Shown in pieces: positions 39,301 through 52,700 of a stretch of 64,000 bases of DNA. The first letter of the stretch is position 1; each line of letters opens with the position of its first letter. The translations under genes were made by a program, and so were the position numbers. The notes below the pieces were generated by a model. That model made no database searches, had not been told where the DNA came from, and saw only the letters and a list, made by a program, of their open reading frames with translations. Origin of the DNA: Glycera tridactyla (taxonomy: Eukaryota); contig OZ286469.1 in NCBI GenBank assembly GCA_965644265.1, forward strand, positions 39,804,001 to 39,868,000. Direction: 5' to 3'.

Positions 39301-42300
39301 TGTCAGCTACAGAATACCAAGAAATCTGTTTCCAGAGAAAATACATTCTGAAACCCTATATTAATGCAGACTATCACTCACTCATGAAAAGGACTGACGA
39401 CTACTCTCCTGTAACACAAGAACACCTCTTTGGAAGCAAACTTAACGAGAGGATTGATGCTATAAATGCTGCTAAGGCTCTAGCCTACAAAGTAGGCTAT
39501 AAACCTAAATCCAGAGGATACTCTGGTAAGCACTACGGGCCTAAACAATCAGGATCTGGATCAGGATCAGGGAAGCCTTTTTTAGGCAAAGGCAGAGGAG
39601 GCTATGGAGAAAACAGAGGAGGCAGAGGCAGGGGCAGAGGCCGTGGACAGGGGAAACAAACCCGCAGATCCAACCAGTACCAGCACCAGTACCACAACCA
39701 ATACCAACAGCCTCATTACCCCAACCAGTACTACCAAATGCCTCCACCTCTACCTCCGGCACCGCCGAGAATGTAGATGTAAGTAAACTACCATTACATA
39801 TTCCCTTTGTAGCAGCCTCACTTCCTGAATTCCTACCTTATTGGCATCTCATTACAAAAGATAAAGTTATTTTGAACTATGTGAGCAATGGTATCAACAT
39901 TGAATTTTATGACTGGCCAGAACAATCACATATTCCCAAGACAGTTTTGAACCCTCAAATGTCAGAACTGATGGATATACAAATAACAAAATTGATAGAA
40001 CAAGGAGTAATAATCCCTACTATGCCTGAACCCTATGACTACTACTCTAGAGTAAAAAAGATGGGAGAAATTTTGAATGATTATAAATCTGAGCCCCATC
40101 AAACAAGAAATCATATACAGGCACTTCAAAATGGCCACAGTTGAAACGTGTGCATATCTGTTATATCCTAATGCATTCATGGCATCTCTGGACCTCCAAG
40201 ATGCATATTTCACAGTGAAAGTACAAGAGAAATATCAGAAATGTCTAAAATTTTCTTGGAGGAATTCACATTATAAATTTGTGGGCCTACCACAAGGACT
40301 AGCATGTGCTCCCAGGCTTTTTACCAAAATAATGAAGCCGGTGGTCTCTTACCTACAACAAAATGGCATCACAGCATGTAACTATCTAGATGATTTTTTC
40401 CTAGTCTCTCCATCATATCATAAATGTCTACAAGACATTGAATTCTCTATCACAATCCTTAGAAATTTGGGATTTAGAGTAAACTTGGAAAAATCAAATA
40501 TTATTCCCTCCCAATCCATGGATCACCTGGGTATGCATTTCAATACTCAGAAAATGGAGACCAGTATTACACCTGAAAGAAAACAGAAACTCAAAGATAG
40601 AGCGATACCCCTACTGAATGGTACTATTCGACAATGTATGAGATTTCTAGGCACAGCTGAATCATGCAGACTGGGAGTGAAATACACAGATATCTACAAA
40701 CACATAATAGAATCAGAGAAAAATAAGGCAATAAAATTGAGTGCAGGCAGATTTGATGATACTATGTTCCTATCTGAAGAAGCAATACTAGATGTACAAT
40801 GGTGGATTGTTCCACTAAATCCCATTTCCCATTAGTACTGCCATGGTATATAGCTGCACCCCAACCTTCTTCAGAGGCATCAGTCCAGATATAATCTGTA
40901 ATAGGCATTGTCATTATGGGTTTGGGGCATATATGGGCATTTTCAATCCACCATTGTACATCTAGTATTGCTTCTTCAAACTTACACCTTACCAAGGTAA
41001 GTCTCGTTTAACTTTCCATTTTCGGATGATATGCATGTTTCTTCTTTCACTTGTGGCAATGGTGATTGTATCTGTTGCTTGTATTGAGGTGTGTGGTATC
41101 TGATGTAGCCTGATATGATTTCCTGGGGCCAAGCAACATTTTCTTCATATACTGGTCTGTAATGAGAGCAATTCACATGGTATCCACCTGCCCAGAGTGT
41201 TTAATGCACAACTGCAATATATAGATGATTGATCATAGAATGTGAATTATTATTGTTACCGTTATTGTTATTGGTAAACGGACAGCCAATTTTCCAGCTA
41301 GAATCTACATCACTTCTCATAATGCGATGAAATCTGATTTGATTCAATTCAGATCCGATTCGGTGATACACCATAACTTTAAACGCATAACTTTAAACGC
41401 ATATCGGCTCTTATTATGTATACACACTGTCTTTGCGAAGGAAATATCTTTGCCCACACTCTTGACTTGCAGGACAACACTGTACCAGTGGTAGATGAGG
41501 AGACAGCACATGCGGAATGTGAAGCAACCATCACAGGTTCAGCTACCGTCACTGCCTGTGGAGCAACTGTCACGCTGGATGTCGAGGCCGCTATAACTAG
41601 CTGTACCATCGATTATATGGTAGGCGCAAACTCTTCCAGCCCTCGCTGAATTCACCTGTGGTGGAGCGGATATCACCTGGGACAAGTTCGGCTTACTGAC
41701 AATTGTAGCAGATTGTCATCAATCTTGCGTTCGACTGGTAACATTGTCGACAAATTGTGGACAATTGTCGCCAATATTACGTAGGATTGTCGACAGTTTG
41801 CTACAATTGTCACTGAGCCGAACTTGTCCGCGTAGGGTGTCCAGTTGCAGCTAAGAATTGCTATAACCTTTGGTAACAGAAACACGGTCCCCATCCTTTT
41901 TTGACACACTCATGATGAAGGATATTTGTTAGGGAATTTGGGCAACGTTTTCCTATGTTAGCTCAACTGAACAGCTCGCAGGGTCTTAATGGAACATAAG
42001 TGGAACATTGAGCAATTTCAACCAATTTCAATATATGGTCGAGTTCCTGATTGGAATACCCCACAATAGTTTTTAGATAAGTGCTGAAGAACATCAAATA
42101 ATCAATCCCAAAGGGAAGCGCAAAGTTAATGTACAACCACCTATTAAATGAGCGACCCCTTAGCTGTAAATGCTGTTACTTCAAATATTCTCTATGTATA
42201 AGTTTGTGATCGAGGACAAAAGCAATTGATTGTGTTGTACAACTTGTATTTCCTATATTACTCCATGTCATTTTCTCTGCATTTACAGGCATCTGGTATT

Positions 42301-43727
42301 ATTGACTGGGCTCAATCTGCCGTGAATGCCCTCACACAGCAGTGCCTCCGCACACTTGCAACAGACACGAACCATTGGGTGGATACAGATAATGGAGTTC
42401 CAGGACCCCCTAATGACATAACAGAACTTCTCTGTGATAATGACTGCAGTGCTCATGGAACATGCCAAGGTGAGTCATCGTATCCTCTCTGGCTGATTGA
42501 TTGATTGATAGATTGATTGATTGATCGATCGATCGATTGATTGATTGGCGTTTAACGGCATGTATCAATCCAGGGGGTTATGTAAGTGTTTCTAGTCAAG
42601 AAAAGCTTAATGTTCCCTTCCCGTAGACATCAATCTCACCAACCCAAACAAGAGATGATGCGCAACCTGATACACCTCCACCTACATGGTGAAGGATTCA
42701 GAATTCTGTAGTTTCTCTTCAAAGTCATCCGTCACCTGTTTGAAAGCATCATTATTTCCATCCCTAACTCTGTGATGCATGTCGTTTTTATTTTCCTATT
42801 AGGTGGCACGTGTATATGTGATGAGGGATGGATGCTGGGAGATTGTAGCCAAGAGACTACCACACCGCCAGAGATCACACTGCCTGGTATCACATGTCCA
42901 GGATCATGTGTTACTGTCACCATCAATGGAAACAACTTCGCCGATCTCGAAACGCTCACCTGCCAGTTCATTTCCATCACTGTAAGTTTTATTGATTATA
43001 GGAATGACAATTGGTGATATCTATCACATAAGCTCTGTGGTTACCATAGTTAAGTGAATATGTATATAATCTCAACCCTGGAGAAAAACGCATCGCTTCA
43101 GTAGAATTGAACAGGTTTTGGAGAATATTATGTTTCGATCGGTTGGTTGGTCCTGGTCAAACATCACGTAAGCTCCACTTGTTATAAATTGTGACGCCAG
43201 TGCAATGGACATGGTTGGCATCATTCAAGACTCTCCCACCTGAGTCTATTAAATAGATTTCTCCTAATCTTGGAACACGGAAATCTACCAAGTGTCTTCT
43301 AATAGCCATGTGTTCATCGTCATGAAATCTAGACTGTCTGCTGTCATCCAGTCTTCATGTCTCAGGCAGCTACCTGATTAAAAACAGAATGCACATATCT
43401 GCCTTATTTGAAGCTTTAATTGTTTATATGACAAAAATGACAATCATTACGGTCCAGATGAGTATGATCTAAGCAAAGCTACCTATCGCTTATAGCCTTG
43501 TTATATTTCACAGACCAACCTGTCTGTCCCCCTACCATATGCACTGATATTATTTCTCCTGAATCTGACAAATATATGTCGTCATACTTTTCTTGTTTTG
43601 ATCTTTTTTCAATGCAATATGATTTATATGATTATTATTTTTTGAATCAGAATGGAAATGTACTCCTCGACATATCCACTTCTTGTTTTCCATTGCTATG
43701 AGATGGTGTTGAAAGGACGTTAAACAG

Positions 43728-43766
<39 letters not shown>

Positions 43767-46700
43767 TGCTATGAGATGAGGTATGATCATATCAGTTGCC
43801 TTTTGAAGCTTTGATACTCATTCGCATTGTATTCTAGGTTACTACAAGCACATGGACCCTGACATCAACAACGGTGACCTCTCTGGCAACATTTCTCAGT
43901 ATGAACCAGGTGGTGTGCACCTTACCAGATCCTTCAGGAAGCTATGAGGTCAAGATTGCCAATGATGGAGTGACTTTCAGTGAAGATGGAACTGTCGTAC
44001 TTGTCCTTGATGAGTGCTACGAGTGTGACTATATGGATAATACATGTCAACAAAAGGTGAGTTAGCACTCACATACTCCTCAACTGCCGATTTGATATTG
44101 ATTAATTGCAAAGACAACAACTATTTATTATTGAGTAAGGATTTATGTAGCAATCCATTAAAGTGAGGTGAGGAAGTGAATGTTATGTTCTTCTTTAAAT
44201 CATGGTCTTGAACGCCAGTATTTTCTTTCATGTGGCTTATCCTCACAATGAAAATGAAAATATCATCCCATCCGCCCTATAGATAATGTATATTCTGAAA
44301 GCTTTAGTTACACTAACTATATTACTGATTACATCTGTTATTCTGTGATGTTTTACATCCTACTGTGCTAGGGAGATACCAGGGTGTCCATGCGATCTGG
44401 TCATTATCAAAATGTTTTTGGTTGTTGTTGAAAATAATGATAGTATCCTGCTGGGAGCTGCGGTCTGACTGGGTCGAGCTGTCTGTAACTCCAAAATGTT
44501 CTTCCACAGGTTGGCAAATGTATGATCGATGGTGTGTGTTATGATGATGGGGACAAGAATCCAGATAATGATGCAGAATTCTGCAGTTATGATGATAATC
44601 CTGTAGCATGGACAATCCTAGGTGAGTTGTCATGATTTCTAGGAGGGTTATAACTCTGTCCATCCTTCCATCTGTCCACGCATCCCTATATCCATCTATC
44701 TGTCGGCTGAGCTGTCTTTATGTCACTCTCTTTATGTCTTTCATTATGTCTTTCTAATGCTCTCCCCACCCATCCATCTATCCATTCACCGATTCTTTCA
44801 ACAATGCATCCATCATAAACATCAGTCTTTCTGTCACACTCTCTGTGTCTCTTCTCACTCTTTCTGTCCACTACCTGATTTATTCTTTTCTTGTTTTTTT
44901 CCTCCTTTCTCCCTTCCTCCTTATTGCTGTCTCACTTCCCTGCCGCATGTTCTTCATATTTATTTTACTATTGCGAGCTCGACCATGTTATGAAGCTTCT
45001 GTCTTCGTTAGTTTCCTGGCTTCGACATGATCTGCATCATCATCGCCTGTCTAGTATATGAGTGGAATTCATCTGTTTATTATGTCTATTATGTCTCTCC
45101 AAATCATATCAGTGGAGTGTTCCATATGTGTTTGAGAAACTGATCGCTTGCATGTATGTTTCTTATTTTGCAGACGAGCCGGTGTTGTATCTGCCACTCA
45201 CCTCCTGTGCAGCAGACATCGACTTCTCTATCTATGAACAAGTGACCTCTTCGGACGAACTCACTTATATGGATGCACCCAATGACATGATGGGTGGTGC
45301 TGCTGTGTTCACTGCTTCAGAGATGACATCACTCATTATTAGCAGCTCAGATTCCCTAGATACGTCCAATTCAATCACCATCCTTGCCCATGTTTACGTT
45401 GATGGTAACGGAACTATCCTCAACTATGGAACAGAGGCTGGTGTAGGCTTGGCAGTGAAGACCAATGCTGATGGCACTATGGTGCTTCAGTTCAACACCA
45501 TCCATGTCGCAGATGACTTTTTCCAGGCTACAGTGGAGTTCAACAACTTGCCTCTTCAACAATGGCTGTATATTGCAGCAGTGTACGACTACAACACTGG
45601 TACCATGAGTGTGTCAGTGGACGGAGTGGCAGGTGGAAGTTATACTTATAACCCCATTATTCTGCTACGCACACAGTATGATCTCCACCTAGGTGGCATT
45701 GAAGCAGACTGGTTCTCAGGAGCTCTGTCATGTGTCAGGATATACAACCGACCCCTTTCAACTGCAGAGATCAGCGGTCGGGCTAATTGCCCTCTCGGTA
45801 AGCTTTATGAATCTTTCATTCATCTTCCATTAGATTTAGGACCTGTCCATGTCAGGTGCTGCTCATTGTTTTACTCAAGAAATTTCAATTCGAATTTGGG
45901 TGATCCTATTCTTAGGTGAAAGACCTGGCTCACAGGTGGTGAGAATTGAATTGGAGAGCATTTTCGACACGTTCAACATAAAGAGAATGCTCTCGACACG
46001 TTCAACATAAAGAGACCTTACAGTGATGTGGTGAACGATTCTTCCATTCATGGACCAGGCATCATGCAGATATAGAAAATGCTGTCACCTACTATGAAAC
46101 CATAGCTACTGCAACCCCATCTTTGATCTCCAGTGCTCTCCATGAAAATCATGGCAAACATATATGTTGGAAACCTGATTCTATGGTGTTTTATCATTCC
46201 ATCTGATATACTCTCTTGCAGGTCTGCCAGATGGACCAGGGCGTGATAGAGGTGAGTTGATTATGAGTTATAACAAAGTGATCCTCAGATAAGAGAACCA
46301 GTGTTTTTTGTTCGTATACTGGTGGAGTCCATCTAATTTTTAACCAGGTATCCTTTCAAAAAATCATTGTTTGCTTTCAGTATATCCCATGGTGGATGCG
46401 GTTCCCATGGTAACACTTGAGATCATTGATATTGAGAACTCAACCGAAAAGTCATGGCAGCTGAGATGCAATAGTCCAACTGTGGATGATGGCATGATTA
46501 TGTATGAAGCCACCTGGTATGTGGCAGGATATGCGTATACAGAATCCTTCTCTTATAATGGAACCGAAGTGGCTCAAGTGACCAGCTTCCTCACCCCAGA
46601 AATGCTCGATATGAACAACATTACCTACATCTCAGAGGTGAGTTCTTAGCCTACACACACTTCTGGAATTTCCGACTGCAGTTTCATAGGTTCGAAGAAC

Positions 46701-49700
46701 ACCAGTGCAATGCAGGTGGTCATACCTCAACCTTAACCTCAAGTTCCTTGTTTCAGGTTCTGAATCTTGCTTCGCTTCTATCTCAATATCTGAATAGCTA
46801 TGGTAAGGTTCAGATCAAAAGTCATCTTGATCTGGACATGTAGGTCAGTGTCAAGATTCTTTTGCGTATTTCCGTGTTCTCCTTTGTGATGAAAAATGCC
46901 TGCAGTGTTTCACGTCAGTGAGGTGTGGGAGTGTTTGAATTTCAGCAAATTCAGTGGATCTGTGGAATGGCTGACTTTCGGACTGACCTTTCAAAACGAG
47001 CGTGATATTCCATTTATGGCTTGACCGACAGTACACCATTACTAGATCTCAAATGCTCTGGTTCATGTGAAGAATTCATGGTGACCTTCTCCAAGTACTT
47101 CAGTACTTCGACTGGTTCACATAAGAATTCATTTAATTGCAGATTGTATGCGAGGTGAGCTCATGTTATGCTGATGACTGTGCTGTTATATGCCCTCTGA
47201 AGAGTGAGCCGTACATACCCTCTGTCCAGGTTAGTAACATCTGTTTACATGTCAATTCGGGCGAATATTTCTCTTCTATGGATCACAATATTGATATTGA
47301 TGATATTCAGATTGCTCTCACCATGGTTACCGAAGTATGTTGTATCATTCTCAGTGATGCTTCTATCTCAATCACAAACAATCTTGGTTGATTGTATACG
47401 TTTGGGTACAACACACAAACTGGAGCCAAGATGGTAGTCACTTCATCTCGAAAGCTTTCAATTGATTTTGTTTGTTTGTAAATATTCCATTGTGTGAGTG
47501 TTGGACCAGGATGTGAACTTATTCCATGTCAAACAAGAATGGATAGGGTCGGTATGGTGTGTTCGTGATGAAATGATTGTATTGATTGTGTGCTCTTCAA
47601 AGTATTATTTCTCACCTGTATATCATTTGTTTCATCAGGTGACAACAGTCGGTCCTCTCACGATAACTGAAGGTGGGGAGCCTGCCTATGTGGAAATACA
47701 CACTTCTCTATCTCCAGAGTACTTCTGTATGAACAGAACCTTGGAAGATGACCGCAGTGTCTGTGAGATTCCCATCTGGGCCTACATTGAACTCACTGAT
47801 GATGAGCTCAAGTGTTATGATACCGGCATCTCTGTATCACAGGCGGTCATTGGTTGGGTTGCTGATTACCCAGATGATGTCCGTGAGGATTGTGGTATCC
47901 GTATTACCATCACCAACTGGATGGAGACAATCCGCATCCCCATCTATGCCATGATTGATGGAGTTGTGGATGGCACACAGACACGAACTACTCATGTCCA
48001 TCACCAAGTGGAATACGCCAACAGCCATGTCTTTGATATGGAACTTGGCAGCATTGATGTAAGCATCATTGTAGGCATGATATTTTGCAGCATGATCCTC
48101 GAAGCAACACCGATTTTTTTTAGATGCCAGAAGTAATGATGATGTGGATATGAGGGCAATACACTTTGGAAAGGAGAGAAAAGAAGTGAGATGATGTAAT
48201 TACCTAGCAGATAATCAGTAATCAATCAGATGTCAATTCCATATATAACTGATACTTGAAAAACGTATGTAGTTGGAACTACTGTCCAATCCATCTGACG
48301 TTATGTCGAAAAAGTAAAACGAGAGGGCCTGTATCACGTCGAAATATACGGATTCAACTTTTGAAAGAATCAAGGTGTCATCAGTGCCATGCAGAAGAAA
48401 GAACTTCCCCCATTCAGTACATCTGCCATATAAACTGAAATAGTTGACAAGCTGTCTCATTCTCATATATATATAAGTGACATGAACCCCGTATTCTGTC
48501 CATCCTTTCACTTTTGTACTACATTGTGAGAGGGTCATTCCTGGCTGTAAACTGATTCTACCAAACCTAACCTAGACTTATGTCCCCGAGCCTGCTGATA
48601 AACATGCGTGAAGTAGTGAAGCTGCAAGTAGTGATTATGTACTATCTTTAGTTGGTGGTAAATGTTGGGTGGTTTTGTAACAGTGGAGACCTAGGTGTGG
48701 TGATCGTTGTTCGTGATTGATGCATTGCTGTGAGTATTTAAATTTGCTCATCTTTACTTCTTATTTGACTTTCAGCTAAACATTGAAGATGTGAACAATG
48801 ATGTGGAGTGCCACGCCACGGGAGACCCTCACTACATCACCTATGATAAGTAGTAAGTATATACTAGTGGCTTCGAAGAATCTGAAGTTTCTTGTTGCCT
48901 TCATCGTGCTTCCAATGTGCTTGTGAAGTTTTGATGGGCAGGGAAATCTCGAGTTGGTTTCCAGATTGAATCATGGTGATTTACATATTATTGGACATCA
49001 GGGAGATGATCATCAAGGACTGAAGATTTGGTGGGGAAATATTAGGTTTTATATTCTTGAAAAGTAAGAGCGGAACATTTGAAAACCATCCATTGAGCCA
49101 TTGACGTAATGAGCTCCAAATGATGGAATAGAATACTCCAATGTACAAGTTTGTGATGTACATGAAATATCTGAGGATTGGAATCTTGACGATTGCATCA
49201 TCGCAGGTACTACAAACTAATCAGGGCACATTGTGGACAGGCTTGACTCAATGCATTGTTTTCTTCCTCTTTCAGTCAATTTGACAACTACTTCGAAGGA
49301 GAGTTCATACTCTATAGGCACACATCACTGCCATATGAGGTATGTCTCAGGAGAATTCCATACTTGTTTTACTTTGATAACTCTGTTGCTATCGGTATCG
49401 ACTTTCAGCAGTCAACCATCATCATGGCGAGGAATGACCTTTCATGACAGCTATACCACAGTCAATATCGAGTCATTTGAAATACCAAAAATCATATTTA
49501 TGATCAAAGTTAATCGTTCTACCAGCATGAGGTGAGATTTTGAGAACTCAAGAGGTGTCAAAGAAATCAGTTATCCACATACAGCTGATTCATATTCATC
49601 ACAATGGTCATACGACTGCTGCTACACAAACTAAATGATCATTCATCATGTCCATGTCTATTCCTTGATTTTCAGGCACGCACATTCCTGCAGAAGTGCT

Positions 49701-52700
49701 ATAACACAGTGGCCTGTACTTGTGCAGTAGCTGCTCGCTCTGGAGATGATGTCATCCTCTTTGATACCTGCAACAATGGTGGCACCATTGCTGTGAAGAT
49801 CTATGCACATGGGGACCTTACAGCTGGAACACAGCTTCTACAATATAATGGTGGATCCAAATACCAGGTAAGCATCCCCACATAAAATATTATGACCAAT
49901 GTACATATTCTGAAAGGTAAAGGCGATGTATTACACATGCAACCATCTCTTATTGGGGGCGAATTCATTGTTACTATAGAATTTTCATCAGGTTGATGCG
50001 CCTCAACCTACTATGACCATGTTGTGATGACTATCTTTCTCTTCACCAGGTTGTCTATCCAAGTGGTGGAATATTGACACTTTTTATGTGACTCAACTGA
50101 CTCTCACCATATTGTAATTGCTCTATTTCTCTGCACTAGGTTGTCTATCCAAGTGGTGGAATATTGACAGTAGAATGGGGCTTTGATATCTACATGAATG
50201 TCTACTTCCAACCATCAGCAATGGACTATGGCAATACAGAGGGTCTATGTGGTACTTATGATGGAGTGGCAGAGAATGAGTACACCGCCAGTGATGGCAA
50301 CATCGACCCAACGACAGATCGTCATCCAGATACCTTCATCCTCAGCTGGAGGTAGGTGTCGTTCCAAGAGACTCTAGTCCAGATGGGATTGATGAGAGAG
50401 GCTGGGCTTCGTTTTCAATGAAATTTTCTGCAGGTCTCATATTTCACCAGTATATATCGAGCATGAAGAGATTTTATTTGATACAGCCTCCTCTTCCTCT
50501 GTGTTCTTTCAATTTTTTTTCATCTAAGCATGGACTATGACAATCAAATGACCAAATTGGAGGGGATCATGTCGGATAGACAACAATGAAGGGTCATTTC
50601 TGAGACCTGGGACAGTGGTAAAAAGGATGAAGATAATCGGTGGTGGCACAGGAACCTGGTCGATTGATTCATTGTCTCTCATCTCATTACAAATATCTAG
50701 GCTGATGTGATATGTCCAAGAAGCGGCCATGAATGATATCATTCAATATCCCTTTGCAATCCAGCAATGATGGTGGGGATCCATTGAATGCATGGACTTT
50801 GTGGAAGTTCATCTTGACTTATGGATGATATTGCATATGCCAATGACACTGTCACAGTATATATGTAAGGATTTATTCAGAAATTACATTATGATCATGA
50901 CTTATTATATTATAGAGTGGAGGATCCTGAACAGTCCATTTATAATGGTTACTGTGGCGATGGAGCTGGCAGTATGACTTTTGGCGAGGAGTACTGTGAT
51001 TGCCAGTGGATGGGTTCCACCAACTGTGGAGGGGCCTTCAATCTCGTCCAGTGCTCGCTCTCCACCATCACAGCTGGTGCACTCGATGTCACTGAATCCT
51101 TCTTTGCCATGGCTACGACTCCAGATGAATGCAATGATGAGATATTTGAAGCTGATCTCGACTTTGCTCCTGTGAGTGTTGGAAACTGATACTCCTGTAA
51201 CAAGTGTATTATTAAGTCGATTGAAAATCTGGATGGCCAAATGATAGATGACTGATTCGTGATCAGAGTTGGATTTCTCCACATTTTGTGGTGTCAAGAG
51301 TTTGTAGAGCCTACATCCTCAGAGGAATATATGCATCATTATCCTTATCAATTTCATGTCCAGGCGCGAAATAATACATTTGAACTGCAGGAGTGACCAG
51401 TCATGTGTAGATACTAGATTACCATCCTGTGACACTCACCATGCAAACCAGGGAGATGTCTGGACAATAGTCACTTTCAGTTTGATATAAGTGAAATCGA
51501 AATATTGTAGATGCCCTGGTCCACTGATCTTCTAGAAGTAAAAGCATCGGTGTCTTTTATAAGGGACCTACACCTTTCTCAAAGCACATGTATACCTGCT
51601 GGTAACCCTTCGGCAAGTGTGACTTGACTTCCTTTCTGATACCCCATCATCGTATATCCTGCAGGTTCAGTGAGGGTGATGCACACAGGGGACAGTGCAT
51701 CCAGCTCTCAACATTCTTGAACACGTCTTTGTGTTATATCACTCAAATTCCAACCAATCAAATGTCCAGTCCTATCATTAGGGCTGCGTAGATTCAGGAA
51801 TATTTGTGGCTCACTTGTATGATGTTTGTTGTTTCCAGAGTGGTGATATCAATGGTGTTGTGACAGAAGAAGAGGCTGTGGAAGCATGTGCGACCATGAT
51901 CCAGGCATCAGCAACAGTAACAGCCTGCTCAGCAACCATCACACTAGACATTGAGGCCCAGATATCAAGCTGTGCCATTGACTACCAGGTGAGCATATAT
52001 AGTCATGGGAATATCGCACACATAATCTGACGATGATATCATTCTCTGTTGTACTCTGGAAAATGGACAGTTTGAAAACTCAAGATCATCTTTCATGATT
52101 CTTATCTTGTGCAAGATTGATACAAATTCAAATGATTGCCATCTCCACATTTTTTTTCAAATAGACATCGAATATCAGGTACCCAATCAAGACTTTGGCT
52201 TTTCTACTCTGTCACAGAAATATATTCTGCTTCTTTTGCAAATTGATTATTCTCACCACCTGTAGAGTGACGTGTCCATCTTTCATGAAGGATCCATTAA
52301 GCTGTCTCACATGAGCGAGCTCTACTTCAGCTTAACCTTAGTATATTGATAATGTGCAGGTTCTGTAGGCTTGAACCAATAATATGGTCTTTTGGGAGCA
52401 TTACCCATCCCTACTGAAGTGTCGAGTGAAGTATTCCCTCGTGAGTTTCATAGTGATACCATGCTGGATATATGATCGATCTAACATTAAAATACACATC
52501 CGGTTGCAACTAACACTCGTGTTTCGTCACATTTGTTAATGGCAATTGGGTTCCCATCCTTTCTATGAAACACCCAATTCAGAGAGTATATGATAGGATA
52601 ACAGACTGCAACTTGTGATTCCACAGCTACATCCCAGTAATACCAAGAATGACACCTTCCAGTAATCCCATCACTAATTACATTTTGTTATGTCTCTGAC

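Larger units (their letters stand above)
37990..40978 (+). mobile_element. DIRS-like (tyrosine-recombinase class) retrotransposon, 3'-truncated, intronic and sense to host; boundaries approximate
   Basis: gag-like ORF followed by overlapping RT with DIRS-type motifs (WHLITKD..ILNYVSNG, SLDLQDAYF, LPQGLACAPRLFTK, YLDD) and an RNase H start (WTDAS.EGWGA). No YR seen. Expands the F4-G4 intron to 3871 bp versus 254-858 bp in sister modules. Confidence 0.8.
34238..47229 (+). repeat. Tandem module 4 (15 exons, 3087 nt CDS; hosts DIRS-like element)
   Basis: Exon classes A-O; F-G intron expanded to 3871 bp. Confidence 0.85.

Noticed and set aside
40982-41176. Minus-strand ORF as DIRS methyltransferase or tyrosine recombinase remnant
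   Set aside because: No recognisable MT or R-H-R-Y motifs; left unassigned pending a profile search
46222-46251. GRDR in M4/M5 as a furin site
   Set aside because: Lacks the P4 arginine of R-X-X-R and is not conserved in M1-M3
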